DNA of 64,000 nt from Octopus sinensis (taxonomy: Eukaryota). The stretch is from assembly GCF_006345805.1 (NCBI RefSeq), contig NC_043001.1, forward strand, positions 21,948,001-22,012,000. Reading direction: 5' to 3'. Every line of letters starts with the position of its first letter. The stretch's first letter is position 1. Position numbers and translations under genes: made by a program. Below, piece after piece: positions 1 to 13,410 of this stretch. The notes under the pieces were generated by a model. The model was not told the origin of the DNA, made no database searches, and saw only the letters and a list, made by a program, of their open reading frames with translations.

Positions 1-11
1 GTAAGATTGTT

Positions 12-410
12 ATTTATTGCTCACAAGGGGCTAAACACAGAGGGGACAAACAAAGACAGACAAAGGGATTAAGTCGATTATATCGACCCCAGTGCGTAAC
101 TGTTACTTAATTTATCGACCCCGAAAGGATGAAAGGCAAAGTTGACCTCAGCGGAATTTGAACTCAGAACGTAGCGGCAGACGAAATACCTATTTATTTA
201 CTATCCACAAGGGGCTAAACACAGAAGGGACAAACGGATTAAGTTGATTATATCAACCCCAGTGCATAACTGGTACTTATCTAATCGACCCCGAAAGGAT
301 GCAAGGCAAAGTCGACCTCGGTGGAATTTGAACTCAGAACGTAGCGGCAGACGAAATACCACTAAGCATTTCGCCGGGTGTGCTAACAATTCTGCTAGCT
401 CACCACCCTT
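12..410 (-). mobile_element. Head-to-tail dimer of tRNA-derived SINE family 2 (Nin/Deu-like core GCCTTTCATCCTTTCGGGGTCGAT)
   Basis: Two tandem copies; B-box-like GTTCAAATTCC on the minus strand; flanking direct repeat gtaagattgtt at 1-11 and 411-421. Confidence 0.85.
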
Positions 411-729
411 GTAAGATTGTTTCTGTTCAGCTCCAGCTCAGCCTTGATGGAGCTGAGCCACAATCAAAGGCATTCTATCTGTGACCATCATGTCTTTTTT
501 TGTGGGTATGTTGGACTAGATTATCTTATTTATTCTTGCTTTATTTAAAGTAGTAATCTGTGATTTGCGGGTGATTTGGTTATCATTTCAAACACATCAA
601 ATGGCCACATCAGTTTATAAACCTACTGGCATTACAGTATTGCACTTGCTGCCTAAGGACATGTCACTGTAATTGATGGTAAAATTGACCTAACAGTGTA
701 GATCATTTCTAACTTTCTTAGTAATATTA

Positions 730-1100
730 GGTGTAGGAGTGGCTGTGTGGTAAGTAGCTTGCTTACAAACCACATGGTTCCAGGTTCAGTCCCACTGTGT
801 GGCACCTTGGGCAAGTGGCTTGTACTATAGCCTTGGGCCAACCAAAGCCTTGTGAGTGGATTTGGTAGGCAGAAACTGAAAGAAGCCTGTCGTATATATG
901 TGTATATATATATTTGTGTGTGTGTGTCTGTGTTTTTCTCCCCAACATCGCTTGACAACCGATGCTGGTGTGTTTACGTCTCCGTAACTTAGGAGTTTAG
1001 CAAAAGAGACCAATAGAATAAGTACTAGGATCGATTTGCTTGACTAAAGGTGGTGCTCCAGCATGGCCACAGTCAAATGGCTGAAACAAGTAAAAGAGTA
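730..1100 (+). mobile_element. tRNA-derived SINE family 1 with internal (TA)/(TG) microsatellite
   Basis: Head GGAGTGGCTGTGTGGTAAG (A-box-like) and GGTTCAGTCC (B-box-like); more than 15 similar copies in the window. Confidence 0.9.
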
Positions 1101-1465
1101 ATATTGGTTTCAAAGTTTGGCACAAGGCCAGCAAGCTCAGGAGAGGGTGTGAGTTGATTACATTGACTCCTGTGTTCAACTGGTACTTGTTTTATCAACC
1201 CTGAAATGACGAAAGGCAAAGTCAACCATGGTGAAATTTGAATTCAGGCACTCGGGCAAGATTAACAAAATGTCGCTAAGCATTTTTCCTAGTGTACTAA
1301 CCCTTCTTAGTAATATTGCTGCTGAGAGTGGTGGTGTTAAACAGATACATGAATTTATTGGCTAGCTCAGGAAATTCAGAGACCAATATTAAGTTTGGTA
1401 GTAAGGCAGTGAGCAGACAAAATCATTAGCATACTGGGCAAAATGCTTAGTGATATTTCATCTAA

Positions 1466-1668
1466 GGCGGCGAGCTGGCTGAAACGTTAGCACACCGGGC
1501 GAAATGCGTAGCCGTATTTCGTCTGCCATTATGTTCTGAGTTCAAATTCCGCCGAGGTCAACTTTGCCTTTCATCCTTTCGGGGTCGATAAATTAAGTAC
1601 CAGTTACGCACTGAATCCATTTGTCTGTCCTTGTTTGTGTTTAGCCCCTTGTGGGTAGTAAAGAAATA
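1466..1668 (+). mobile_element. SINE family 2
   Basis: ggcggcgagctggc head, GTTCAAATTCC box, same body as 12-410. Confidence 0.85.
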
Positions 1669-2418
1669 GATATTTAATCCATCTTTATAATCCTGGGTTC
1701 AAATTTTACCAAGGTCAGCTTTGTCTTTCATTCTTTTGGGGTTGATAAAATAAGTACCTGATGAGCATGGGTGGGCCACATAATTGATTTACCCCTTCCC
1801 CTGAAATTGCTGGCCTCGTGCCAAAATTTGAAATCATCATTAAGTTTGCCAGTACAATTTACCTAGTAGGTACAAAAATACACAAATCAAATTAACATTG
1901 TTGCTTAACATGTTTATTGTTCCCCATACCTGAATTGAGTTTGTGATTAGTTAAATCTCATTACTCGTATCCTTGATGTCAGCTAACATGTGTCCCAGGA
2001 GTTCTTTCAACTAGGAAGCTGTCTGTTAGAGACAAGTTGGATTTGATCCAATCAATCATCAAGATGAAAGGGGATGGTTTACCATAGTAACCTTGGTAAA
2101 CATTTCCCATGGTCAATGTAGATCACCACTGCAAATACCAGCTCTACATTGTTAATGCTAGTAAGCAGATTTTATATATCACTGGTAATGTATCCCTGAG
2201 GAGTTAATTGTTTTAAATACAAATATTGTGTTCCTTTATTCCCTTCTGGCAGTGATTGTATCTCTTTAGTATTGTTAGTGTGTTCATTCAACAAGAAAGG
2301 CATGGATTGATTTTATTAAAAAGTGTGTTGTTGCTTTCGTTTTTCAGTTCTCTGAGTATTATATATATGTGTGTATATATCTATTTGTCTATATATACAC
2401 ATGTATGTGTGTGTGTTT

Positions 2419-2786
2419 AGGAGATCTATTGAGTCAAGTACATCAAATGGGAATTGTAGTTGTGATACCCGTACCGGTAGCACATAAAAGGCACCATCCT
2501 AACGTGGCCAATGCCAGCACTGCCTGTCTGGCATCCGTGTTGGTGACACGTAAAAAGCACCAACCGATTGTGGCCATTTTCCAGCCTCCCCTGGCCCCTG
2601 TGCCGGTGGCACGTAAAAAGCACCCACTACACTCACAGAGTGGTTGGTGTTAGGAAGGGCATCCAGCTGTGGAAACACTGCCAGATCAGACGAGCCTGGT
2701 ACAGCCTCCTGGCTTCCCAAACCCCTGTCGAACCGTCCAACCCATGCTAGCATGGAAAACAGACATTAAATGATGATGATGATGAT
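2419..2786 (+). mobile_element. 5'-truncated RTE LINE 3' UTR with (GAT)n tail
   Basis: Same sequence as the UTR attached to RTE coding ends at 55945-56498 and from 49795. Confidence 0.85.
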
Positions 2787-2845
2787 ATACATACTTGTAA
2801 ATAAAAGTGTGGTGTTCAATCAAATAATAATATAAATAATATATA

Positions 2846-3186
2846 TATATATGGATACAGGATGTCACAAACTGTAAACAACGTGAAATATGAAAATGAG
2901 TTGAATACACAAACAATGAGTGAAACAAGTGGAACACAGGACAAGTAACATAAAGAACGACCCTTCATCTGTTGTCAGCTGTCCATGTACTTCTCATTTT
3001 AAGCATTGAATGACAGTCGTTCATTGCTCAAAATGAGGAGTAGATGGACAGCCGACAACTGATGAAGGGTTGTTCTCTGTGTTACTTGTCCTGTTTTCCA
3101 TTTGTTTCTCTTGTTGTTTGCGTATTCAACTCATTTGTTTTCGTATTTCATGTTATTTAGTTTGTGACGTCTTGTACCCATATATA
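2846..3186. mobile_element. Foldback (palindromic) element, arms about 168 bp, 3-nt loop
   Basis: 2846-3013 is the diverged reverse complement of 3017-3186; embedded in (TA)n. Confidence 0.85.
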
Positions 3187-3189
3187 CAC

Positions 3190-3357
3190 TCGTGTGTGTG
3201 TGTGTGTGTGTATGTATATATATATACATATGTATGTGTGTATTGTGTATATATATATATACATATGTATGTGTGTGTATATATATACATATGTATGTGT
3301 GTATATATATATATAACATATGTATGTATATATATATATATATATAGTATATATATA

Positions 3358-3418
<61 letters not shown>

Positions 3419-3651
3419 ATGTATATATATATATATATATTATATATACATATGTATTATATATATATATATATAATATATATATATGTATATTATATAT
3501 ATGTATATTATATATATGTATATATATATGTATATATTATATATATGTATATATATATCTATGTATATATAATATAGTATATATATATATATGTTATATA
3601 TATATATAATATATATACATATGTGTATATATATATATATATAATATATAC

Positions 3652-3687
<36 letters not shown>

Positions 3688-3688
3688 G

Positions 3689-3726
<38 letters not shown>

Positions 3727-3763
3727 GTATATATATTATATATATATATATATACATATGTAT

Positions 3764-3794
<31 letters not shown>

Positions 3795-3854
3795 GTATAT
3801 ATATGTGTATGTGTGTATATATACACACGTGTGTGTGTGTGTGTGTATATATAT
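3190..3854. repeat. Compound (TA)n/(TG)n microsatellite
   Basis: Direct inspection. Confidence 0.98.
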
Positions 3855-4135
3855 CAGCAACGTCCATTTTCCATGCTGGCATGGGTTGGATGGTTTGACT
3901 GAGGTCTGTAGAGCCAATGGCTGCACCAGATTTCATTTTGATCTGGCAATGTTTCTACAGCTGGATGTCCTTCCTAATGCCAACCACTCTGAGAGTTTAC
4001 TGGGTGCTTTTTATGTGCCACTGGCACAGGAGCCAGTCAGGTGGGCCTGGCATTGATCACGTTCGGATAGTGCTTTTTACATGCCACCTGCATGGGGTCC
4101 AGTCAGCGGGGTACTGACATTGCCCACATTAGGAT
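3855..4135 (-). mobile_element. RTE 3' UTR fragment
   Basis: ccatgctggcatgggttgga...ggatgtccttcctaatgccaacc family sequence. Confidence 0.8.
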
Positions 4136-4141
4136 AGTGCT

Positions 4142-4333
4142 TTAATATTCAACTAGTTTTATGTTCAAACTGGTCAGATCTAATATCTCACACCTACACT
4201 ACAATGTCATTCTAAAAATATATAACCACATCATTGAAATCTTAAAGCTCCAAAGTATTGTATAATTAATTCAAAACATTGTGAATAAATGTGCATTACA
4301 TTTGACAAAGTAATCTGAATACTAAAGGATTAA
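4142..4333. mobile_element. piggyBac-type MITE family A, partial
   Basis: Internal sequence shared with the complete copy at 45008-45228; one degenerate TIR plus TTAA. Confidence 0.7.
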
Positions 4334-4360
4334 AGCCTTACTCATACTAACTAGAGTTTC

Positions 4361-4650
4361 ATCATCATCATTTAACGTCCTCTTTCCATGCTGGCATGGG
4401 TTGGACGATTTGACTGAGGACTGGCGAACCAGATGGCTGCACCAGGCTCCAATCTGATCTGGCAGAGTTTCTACAGCTGGATGCCCTTCCTGACGCCAAC
4501 CACTCCGAGAGTGTAGTGGGTGCTTTTACGTGCTACTGGCACGAGGGCCAGTCAGGCGGTACTGGCAACAGCCATGCTCAAATGGTGCTTTTTACGTGCC
4601 ACCTGCACAGGAGCCAGTCCAGTGGCACTGGCAACAACCTCGCTCGAATG
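4361..4650 (-). mobile_element. RTE 3' UTR fragment with (CAT)n on the + strand
   Basis: Family sequence. Confidence 0.85.
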
Positions 4651-6143
4651 TTTTTTTAGTTTGTTTTGTAAAAATATGCATGAAAATAGTTATTGCTCCC
4701 ACATGTAGGAAATCCCTGAAATATATGTATGATGAAATCATTCAGCAAATCCACCCAATTTCAGGGTGCATCATAACTGCTATAACTCACTTTAGTGGAA
4801 CTTAGGGTCCCCCTCCATATACAGCTTCCTCTATCAATGTATATGTTGATGGTGCACCTTCAATGTCTGGTTCATCAACTTGTTCATTCCACAAGGTTTC
4901 TCAACTCTTCCTTCACATTTCTTACTCTCTCAATAGTCTTCTCTGTCCTTCTTCTGTTCTAACAATAATCTCCTTATATGCTGCTTTTGCTCTCTACTCA
5001 CAAGCATTACCTTTACACACCCAAATCTTCTACCTTCGGAATGTAATACAGAACCAAAACAGAATCCAATACATGTGATGCTAAACTATTTTCTCAGTTC
5101 ATTTAGCTTTGGTCATAAATTAGCATTAAACCCCAAGGGTTGTACGCTTTCATTTGTGTTTTTAATGCATTCAGATACATTTTATTTTTGTAATTTTTTG
5201 TTTTATTTTGTATCTGTTGTATTTATTTTTAATGGAGATTAACTTTTGCTTTCTTTCCGATAAATTGCAGATTTAACAGCTTAAGGATAGGGTAGGGTAC
5301 TTGAATTTAGATACGAACTTGAGTTATTCAATCAAGGCTTTTTAGTAAGCCAACATCCTTGTTCGTGTATTGATTGCATCTGGCTCCTTAAAAGTGCATT
5401 AAAATTAATGCAAGTGATTCATTGTGCAAAATACTTTGCACTTCATTCTATTTATGAGAAATCAATTTAGCATTGATGTTTGAAGCTACGAAGTTCTCCC
5501 TCACCTTGGTCAGAAAATAACAATCTCTTGTGCAAGTAGCTTCTTCATTGAACAACACTGTTTTGTCTTTTGTATTCACTCTCTACCGGAACTGAGTCAA
5601 TTATATGTTATGTTAAAAATATTAGCATTATTTCAGATTTCTTGAATTATTCAAAAAGATTTCTTAAAATAGGTTGTTTCTGACCTAATGTTCAATAATC
5701 TCAGAGAAATTCAAATTTTCTGTCTAGTTATAGATTATTAATGTGACAGTTTTGCTACATTTAGATTCTAATTGCTGCATTTACATTTTAATTAAAACTG
5801 GACACATTACATGACAATTAATGTTTATCAGGAAATAATGCCGTTTCAGAATAATAAATTACATCAAATCCTCTATAAAAAGTAATGTCTTTTTAGTTTT
5901 TATTTTAATTTTTTTTTAGGGCTGGTATGTTTTGTAAATATATTTAATTTACACTAAGTCAAAAGGTAAAATCAGTCATGGCGAACTGAAGATTATAGAT
6001 TTTTGATGGCGAGGCTAGAGATCATTAACTCTTTTGTTACTATATTTCTGTTGGAATATATTGCTTTTGTCTCAAGTAATTCTTGAAAGCCACAAAGAAT
6101 TTAGTAAAATAACATTGTCATTATTAAGCTGCTGTTTGGAATA

Positions 6144-6365
6144 TCTATTATATAAAATCTGTTCTGTCTGTCTGTGTGTGTGTGTCTTCTAGGATCTCAG
6201 ACATCCTCCATCTGATTGCGCTCAAATTTGATATGTAGATACCGACGGTATCAGGGCGTGTATAAGTCTTGAAAAAATTTTGAAAATCGATTCCAGGTGA
6301 GAATGCGATCGATAAAGCCATGGGAATGTGCATTTGTACGCGCAACTACATCAGTCGAAATCCGT
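6144..6365 (+). mobile_element. Helitron-like non-autonomous element, 5' part
   Basis: Begins A|TCTATTATATAAAA followed by a (CTGT)/(GT) tract, an architecture typical of Helitron/Helentron 5' ends. No 3' CTRR end identified. Confidence 0.45.
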
Positions 6366-7609
6366 CTTTGGCTGGTGTCTCAAATTTAGGTTAAATCAGT
6401 GTTTCTCAAAGGGGAGGCCTATGGCACGGTCGGACAAGTTGTTTTGAGAAAATTTGGTTTAAATGTTTAACAACTCAGCACTGTCCATTGGATGGGGGGT
6501 GTTTTGCTCGTACATTAATATGAAATATTAATGTAAGGTTGAAATATAAATCACTTTTTAAACTGAGTTTGTTTCACAGAACTGAGGGTGTCTTGGGCAG
6601 GTTGGTATTAGAAGGGTTAAGCATTGAATTTTGCTTTCTATGGTCACTACCATTGCTTTTAAAAAGAATTAATTATTTTTAATTTTTGCACAAAGCCAGT
6701 AATCTCAAAGGGAGAGGACATGGCAATTATATCAACCCTGACTTGTACTTCATTTTATCAACCCCAGAGGGATGAAAGGTAAAGTTGACCTCGGTGGACT
6801 TTGAAATCAGAATGTAGTAAGTCAGGAGAAATACTGCTTGGCATTTGTCTGATATGTTTAATAATTCTGCCAGTTTGCTACCTTAAAAAGAAATAATAAA
6901 ATTAATTAATTTTAACATAATTTGGATACAGTGGACATATAATGGTGTGAAAGAGAATAAAAATTGAAAACCAAATTGAAAATCAATATGGGGTCAAATC
7001 TCACCTGATACTTGCTTACATAGAAACATTGTAGTAGGAGGTAAGTTGTGTGTGTGACTAAAATTCTGAAAGGTATAAATAATAGAAGTGATAAATAGGT
7101 TTTGTTGGAGCTCTACCCCAAAATGTCTATTAGAGTCTGTGCAGCCTTAATTCCTGAAGACATCATAGGGGCACTGTCATGCTATTGATATGTCCTAGTT
7201 ATTTTAAACCTGGCAGGGCTCATCCCTTTCCTGGTCCCAAACTAACCAATGTCTCCCAGAGAGAAAGAGTGGCTAGAAGAATTGTTCCTAGTAGTGGACT
7301 GGTACTTTATGTATCAACTCTAAAAAGACGGAAAGCAAAATTGACCTTGGTGGGATTCAAACTCAGAGCACAGAGAATCGGAATGAATACCACAAGGCAT
7401 TCTGTCTGATGCTCTGACAACTCTGCCAACTTGCTACCTACAGAAAAGGCCTATTAAAATAGCAGGCAAAGCTTCATTTTTAGCTATGTCGCTTTGGGTT
7501 CAGTCTCACTTTGTGTTATCTTATGCAAGTGTCTTCCACTACAGCCCTGGACTGACCAAAGCTGTGTGAGTGAATTTGGTAGAGGGAAATTGAGTGGAAA
7601 CCCATCATG

Positions 7610-8071
7610 CAGGGTGGCCCAAAAGTAGGTTTACAGTTATTCGACTATCATTTTCGCATTCATATATTAACAGTTTAGATCTTAACCCTTTCGTTACTGT
7701 ATTTCTTTTGAGATGCTCTGTGTTTCATTCAATTAATTTTAAATACAACAAAGAATTTAGTAAAAGAACTTAGTTATCATTCAGCTAGTGTCAGGAACAT
7801 AAATTGTGACTAGGGCTTGGTGGAAGATTTTTATTCAAAACTTATGAAAACAGGACATTTGTACTCAGCGCCAGAGGCGGTTTCAGCCAGGTTGGTATCA
7901 AAAGGGTTATCATCATCATCGTTTATGAAACCATCACTCTATGCTAATTTAGATAATTTTCTCAAGCTCCTTTTTCAGTTTGTAAGATAGAAATTTAAAT
8001 GTAATAAAATGTTTTAAAAGAAATTTAAAGTGCCTACACGATAACTGTAAACCTACTTTTGGGCCACCCTG
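7610..8071. mobile_element. Tc1/mariner-type MITE with perfect 31-bp TIRs
   Basis: cagggtggcccaaaagtaggtttacagttat at 7610-7640 and its exact reverse complement at 8041-8071; TA on the right flank. Confidence 0.85.
7686..7906. mobile_element. piggyBac-type MITE family B nested in the Tc1 MITE
   Basis: TTAA-CCCTTTCGTTAC...AAAAGGG-TTAT. Confidence 0.8.
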
Positions 8072-8924
8072 TATATAATTATGTATGTGTTTTTGTGTTT
8101 CTCCACCTCTCATTTCCTGATAACTGGTGTTGGTTTGTTTATATCCCTGTAACATAGCGTTTTGGTAAAAGTGGCCAATAGAATAAATACCTGATTTAGA
8201 AAAATAAGTACTAGGATTATTCTATCAGTCTCTTCTGCCGAACTTCTAAGTTACATGGATGTAAATACACTAACACTGATTGTCAGGTGGTGGTGGGGTG
8301 ACAAACACAGATATGAAGCCATGTGCGCACACACACATACACACACACACACACGATGGGCTTCCTTCAATTTCCACCTACCAGATCCACTCACAAGGCT
8401 TTGGTCAGGTGAAGGCTATAGGAGAAGACACATGCCTAAGGTGCTATGCAGTGGGACTGAACCTGGAACCATGTGCAAAGGAAGCAAGCTTCATACCACA
8501 CAACCACACTTGCACTTGTTGTGGATAATCAAAATGGTTGAATTTTTGTTTAGAGCAATAGCTTATTAGAATTTTTTTTTGTCTAATTCTGCTTGATCTG
8601 TCAAAAATAAGACAATTGACCGTCATTTTTTATTTAATGCTTTAAATACTTTGGCATTTCTCCAAGAGCAACTAAGTAATGGAAAACGTCTTTTCTTCAT
8701 TTTCTTTTTTATTTTTTAGACTACTGTATATGATATCAGTGTTCAAGTATTTGAAAAATTTAAATTTACTTCCAACGTTACCTGTAAATTAATGTAAAGC
8801 TATTCTTTAGCCAAACACAGTAAATAGGGTTTGTTGACTTGTAATGTCATTCCCACGTGAAAGCATTCAATCACAAGGTTGAAATGGAGAAATGCTGCAA
8901 GTTTTTAAAATGATCTGAATAGTA

Positions 8925-9096
8925 GACGGAGAAGTGGCTGTGTGGCAAGTAGCTTGCTTACCAACCACATGGTTCCGGGTTCAGTCCCATTGCATGGCAC
9001 CTTGGGAAAGTGTCTTTTACTATAGCCTCAAGCCGACCAAATGCTTATGAGTGGATTTGGTAGATGGAAACAGAAAGAAGCCCGTGTATGTATGTG

Positions 9097-9129
<33 letters not shown>

Positions 9130-9322
9130 CTGTGTTTGTCCTCCTAACATCGCTTGACAACCGATGCTGGTGTGTTATGTCCCCGTAACATAGAGGTTTG
9201 GCAAAAGAGACCGATAGAATAAGTACTAGGCTTACAAAGAATAAGTCCTGGTGTCGATTTGCTCGACTAAAGGTGGTGTTCCAGCATGGCCACAGTCAAA
9301 TGACTGAAACAAGTAAAAGAGT
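8925..9322 (+). mobile_element. SINE family 1
   Basis: Full head-to-tail family sequence. Confidence 0.88.
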
Positions 9323-9567
9323 AGTAATATTGATGTGGTTGATATTACAATCTTAGTCTCTTGCAGTTTTTATGTATAGGTATTGTGTGAAAGGTAATCA
9401 GGAATTGTGAGAGCTAGTCATTATAACAGATTTGTCAGTTTTAGTTGTGCATATGCACAGAAGAGCATAGTGCAATAGTGTTCACTTGATCTATCTGATA
9501 ATTATGTGTTGGTGCTTTTAAAGTCATGTTTTCATTGATGATTGTTTTTTTAAAGTTTCCCTTTCAT

Positions 9568-10345
9568 TTACTGGTACTTGTGCCGGTGACACATAAAAAA
9601 AAAAAAACACGATTTTTCCATGGCTCTTGTGGTACCGCCTGACTGGCCCTCGTGCCGGTGGCATGTAAAAGCACCCACTACACTCATGGAGTGGTTGGCA
9701 TTAGGAAGGGCATCCAGCTGTAGAAATTCTGCCAGATCAAGATTGGAGCCTGGTGCAGCCAACTGGTTCACCAGTCCTCAATCAAATCATCCAACCAATG
9801 CTAGCATGGAAAGCAGACGTTAAATGATGATGATGATGATGATGATATGAAATGCCTAAGTTGCATATAGATGATGACTGTGTGTACAAATGAGCAGGCA
9901 CTTAAAGAAGTGAAGGTTAGTGATTGGGAGAACATTCATCATCATCGTTTAGCATCCGCTTTCCATGCTAGCATGGGTTGGACAGTTCAACTGGGGTCTG
10001 GGAAGCCAGAAGGCTGCACCAGGCCCAGTCTGATCTGGCAATGTTTCTATGGCTGGATGCCCTTCCTAATGCCAACCACTCCATGCGTGTAGTGGGTGCT
10101 TTTTATGTGCCACTGGCACAGGTGCCAGACAAGTCTGGCAAACGGCCACGATTGGATGGTGCTTTTTATGTGCCACTGGCACGGGGGCCAGGCGAGGCTG
10201 GCAACGGCCACGAACGGATGGTGCTTTGTACGTGCCACTGGCACAAGGCCAGTCGAGGCGGCGTTGGCAACGGCCACGTTCGGATGGTTCTCTTACGTGC
10301 CACCGGCACTGGTATCACAACTGCAATTTCCATTGATGTTGATCG
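9568..10345. mobile_element. Two RTE 3' UTR fragments in inverted, tail-to-tail orientation (9568-9846 +, 9936-10345 -)
   Basis: (GAT)n tail on the first copy and (CAT)n on the second. Confidence 0.8.
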
Positions 10346-10857
10346 AGTTCTCCAGTATTATACAAACTTCCATAAAACCATTTAATATATGGATATAAAA
10401 AAAAAACCGATCCTGTTCCCTGCCTCTAAATAATTATCATTATATTAAGCTTAAGATAATTTGGTGTGATATTGACCATTGTAAGGATAGCATTTTGATT
10501 ATTGATTATTTTGTCAAATATAATGCTTATTTAGTCACATCGTATTGAATTAATCATGCATTATCTCATAGCTTTGAGATTTCAATGACGTGATTGTTTA
10601 TTTTTAGAATGTCATTGTAGGGTAGGTGTGAGAGGCTGGATCTGGCTAGTTTTAACATAAAATAGGTAGAATATTTGGGCTGGATGTGGCCAGTTTAAAT
10701 TCTAAAGGGTTAAAAATTGACAAATTCAATTTGGAAAAAAAAAATCATTTGGTGAATTGTTCAAGTGTTGGGTGATGAACTGAAAGCTCTATAAATTCAA
10801 ATCTCCTAACTGGCATGGCATTTGCATTTTTTTGCTGTAATTCGTTAAATGCCTCTT

Positions 10858-11270
10858 ACGCTTTTACTTGTTTTGGTCATTTGACTGCGGCCATGCTGGA
10901 GCACCGCCTTTAGTCGAGCAAATCGACCCCAGGATTTATTCTTTGTAAGCCTAGTATTTATTCTATTGGTCTCTTTTGCCGAACTGGTAAGTTACGGGGA
11001 TGTAAACACACCAGCATCGGTTGTCAAGCGATGTTGGGTGGGGGGACAAACGCAGACACACAAACATATACACACACACTCACATACATATATACATGCA
11101 TATATATACGATGCCTTCTTTCAGTTTCCGTCTACCAAATCCACTCACAAGGCTTTGGTGGGCCCAAGGCTATAGTAGAAGACACTTTCTCAAGGTGTCA
11201 CGCAGTGGGACTGAACTCGGAACCATGTGGTTGGTTAGCAAGCTACTTACCACACAGCCACTCTTGTACC
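10858..11270 (-). mobile_element. SINE family 1
   Basis: Full family sequence on the minus strand. Confidence 0.88.
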
Positions 11271-12319
11271 TCCTGACTATTCATACAGTTGTTTAAAGTT
11301 TTGCAAAAATGGATATAGTAAATTAAAAGTTGAATTATCTTAACTGTGCTGAAAAGCTTTGTTTTATTAATTCTGAACATTACAATAACGGGAGAAATAA
11401 ACGTGTCACCTGCTTCTCTTCCCAGGCACGCTGTTTCTCTGAGTTTCCTGTCAGTCATAAGTCCTTTTATTCAAATTGTAACCCTTTAGCATTCACATTT
11501 TTCTTTCAAATCTTCATCATCATTTAACATACGTTGCCCATGCTGGCATGGGTTGGACAGTGCGACCAGGGCTAGCAAGCCAAAGTGACGTGGGGATGCT
11601 GCACCAGACTCCAGTCTTGTTGTGGTTTCTACAGCTGGATGCCCTTACTCTCTCTTTAACTCTTTTACTTGTTTCAGTCATTTGACTGTGGCCATGCTGG
11701 AGCACCACCTTTAAGCGAGCAAATCGACCCCAGGACTTATTCTTTTGTAAGCCCAGTACTTATTCTATCGGTCTCTTTTGCCGAACCGCTACGTAACGGG
11801 GACATAAACACACCAGCATTGGTTGTCAAGCAATGCTAGGGGGACAAACACACACACACACATATATATATATACATATATATGACGCGCTTCTTTCAGT
11901 TTCCGTCTACTAATGCCAACCACTTTACAGAGTGTGCTGGATTCTTTTACGTGGCACCGCACGGGCGCTTTTATGTGGCACTGCACAGGTGCTTTTATGC
12001 AACACTGCATGGATGCTTTTACATGGTGCTACATGGGTGCTTTTACATGTTGCCACATAGGGAATACTATAATATAATAAGAGATAGGGAGATAGTAGAT
12101 GCGGATGGGTAAAAGTTGCAAGACCTGACAGAGGTGAAGGTGGTCAAAGGTACATAGGGGTGAATGAAGTGAGTAGCAAAAGTGTGGGGGAGGCAGTGGT
12201 TCGCAGATATGAGACAGTGTTAAGAATGAGGGATGGATGTTGAAAGTAAGCGGTTCTGAGAAGGAAGAATTACGAGTAGCACAGAAAGGGATGATGGAAT
12301 GTATGTTTCTGCTCTCATT

Positions 12320-12532
12320 TACTCTTTTACTTGTTTCAGTCATTTGACTGTGGCCATGCTGGAGCACCGCCTTTTAGTCGAGCAAATCGAGCCCAGGACT
12401 TGTTTTTTGTAAGCTTAGTACGTATTCTATTGGTCTCTTATGCCGAACCGCTAAGTTATGGGGACTTAAACATGCCAACATTGGTTGTCAAGTGATGTTG
12501 GGGAGACAGACACACAAACATATACAGACACA

Positions 12533-12568
<36 letters not shown>

Positions 12569-12767
12569 TATGTGTGTGTGTCCCTCCCGCAACATCGCTT
12601 GACAACCGATGCTGGTGTGTTTACGTCCCCACAACTTAGCGGTCTGACAAAAGAGACTAATAGAATAAGTACTAGGCTTACAAAGAATAAGTCCTGGGGT
12701 CGATTTACTCAACTAAAGGTGGTACTCCAGCATGGCCACTGTCAAAACAACTGAAACAAATAAAAGA
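12320..12767. mobile_element. Two SINE family 1 3' halves in inverted orientation around a (TACA)/(TA) tract
   Basis: The left half is the reverse complement of the right half; no SINE heads present. Confidence 0.85.
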
Positions 12768-13156
12768 ACATACTGTAGTAAAAGCAAGCAATGATAAACA
12801 AAACATGAAAAGTTTAATGATGACATTGACAAAGCCTTTTTTATTGAACCAAATACAGAAAAACATTGTCGTGATTTGAGAAAAGCTCTTCAATTTCGTC
12901 CAATTAACATAGACACTGGCATTGCTAATTACACTGTGTAGCAAATTCGTTTCTTTTTTTTTTTGTCTATGGTCAGCAATTGTTACTTCCTATTTGCTTC
13001 CATTTAGAAATCAAAGGAAATGACAACTATTCCCTTCAAACTTTGCTTTGTGATCTGGACATAAGTGTTTTGAAAGTAACATATTTTCCATTATTTTTTA
13101 AACCATTTCTCAGTCCACACAAGCAAAATAATAAACTGGATACACACAGTAGTATA

Positions 13157-13367
13157 CTCTCTTTTACTCTTTTACTTGTTTCAGTCATTTGACTGTGGCC
13201 ATGCTGGAGCACCACATTTAGTCGAGCAAATCAATCCCAGGACTTATTCTTTGTAAGCCTAGTACTTATTCTATCGGTACCTTTTGCCTAACTGCTAAGT
13301 TATGGGGACGTAAACATATCAGCATCGGTTGTCAAGCGATGTTGGAGGGACAAACGCAGACACACAA

Positions 13368-13410
<43 letters not shown>

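Noticed and set aside
638-648. TATTGCACTTG, matching the 5' end of miR-92
   Set aside because: The rest of the mature sequence differs and there is no complementary arm.
653-1179. Recurrent 60-130 aa ORFs such as MSSDVG..., MLAWVG..., MVLQHGHSQ...
   Set aside because: They recur wherever SINE1 or RTE UTR copies occur; not genes.
1990-2200. Coding-looking stretch (SPFILMIDWI on the minus strand)
   Set aside because: Stops in all frames; at best a very old LINE RT remnant, too weak to list as a feature.
3059-3075. CTGATGA as a hammerhead core
   Set aside because: No helix II or GAAA partner nearby.
4802-4826. AVYGGGP motif resembling the ACTL6 N-terminus GVYGG
   Set aside because: Wrong strand, followed by a stop, no donor; the context looks like decayed LINE sequence.
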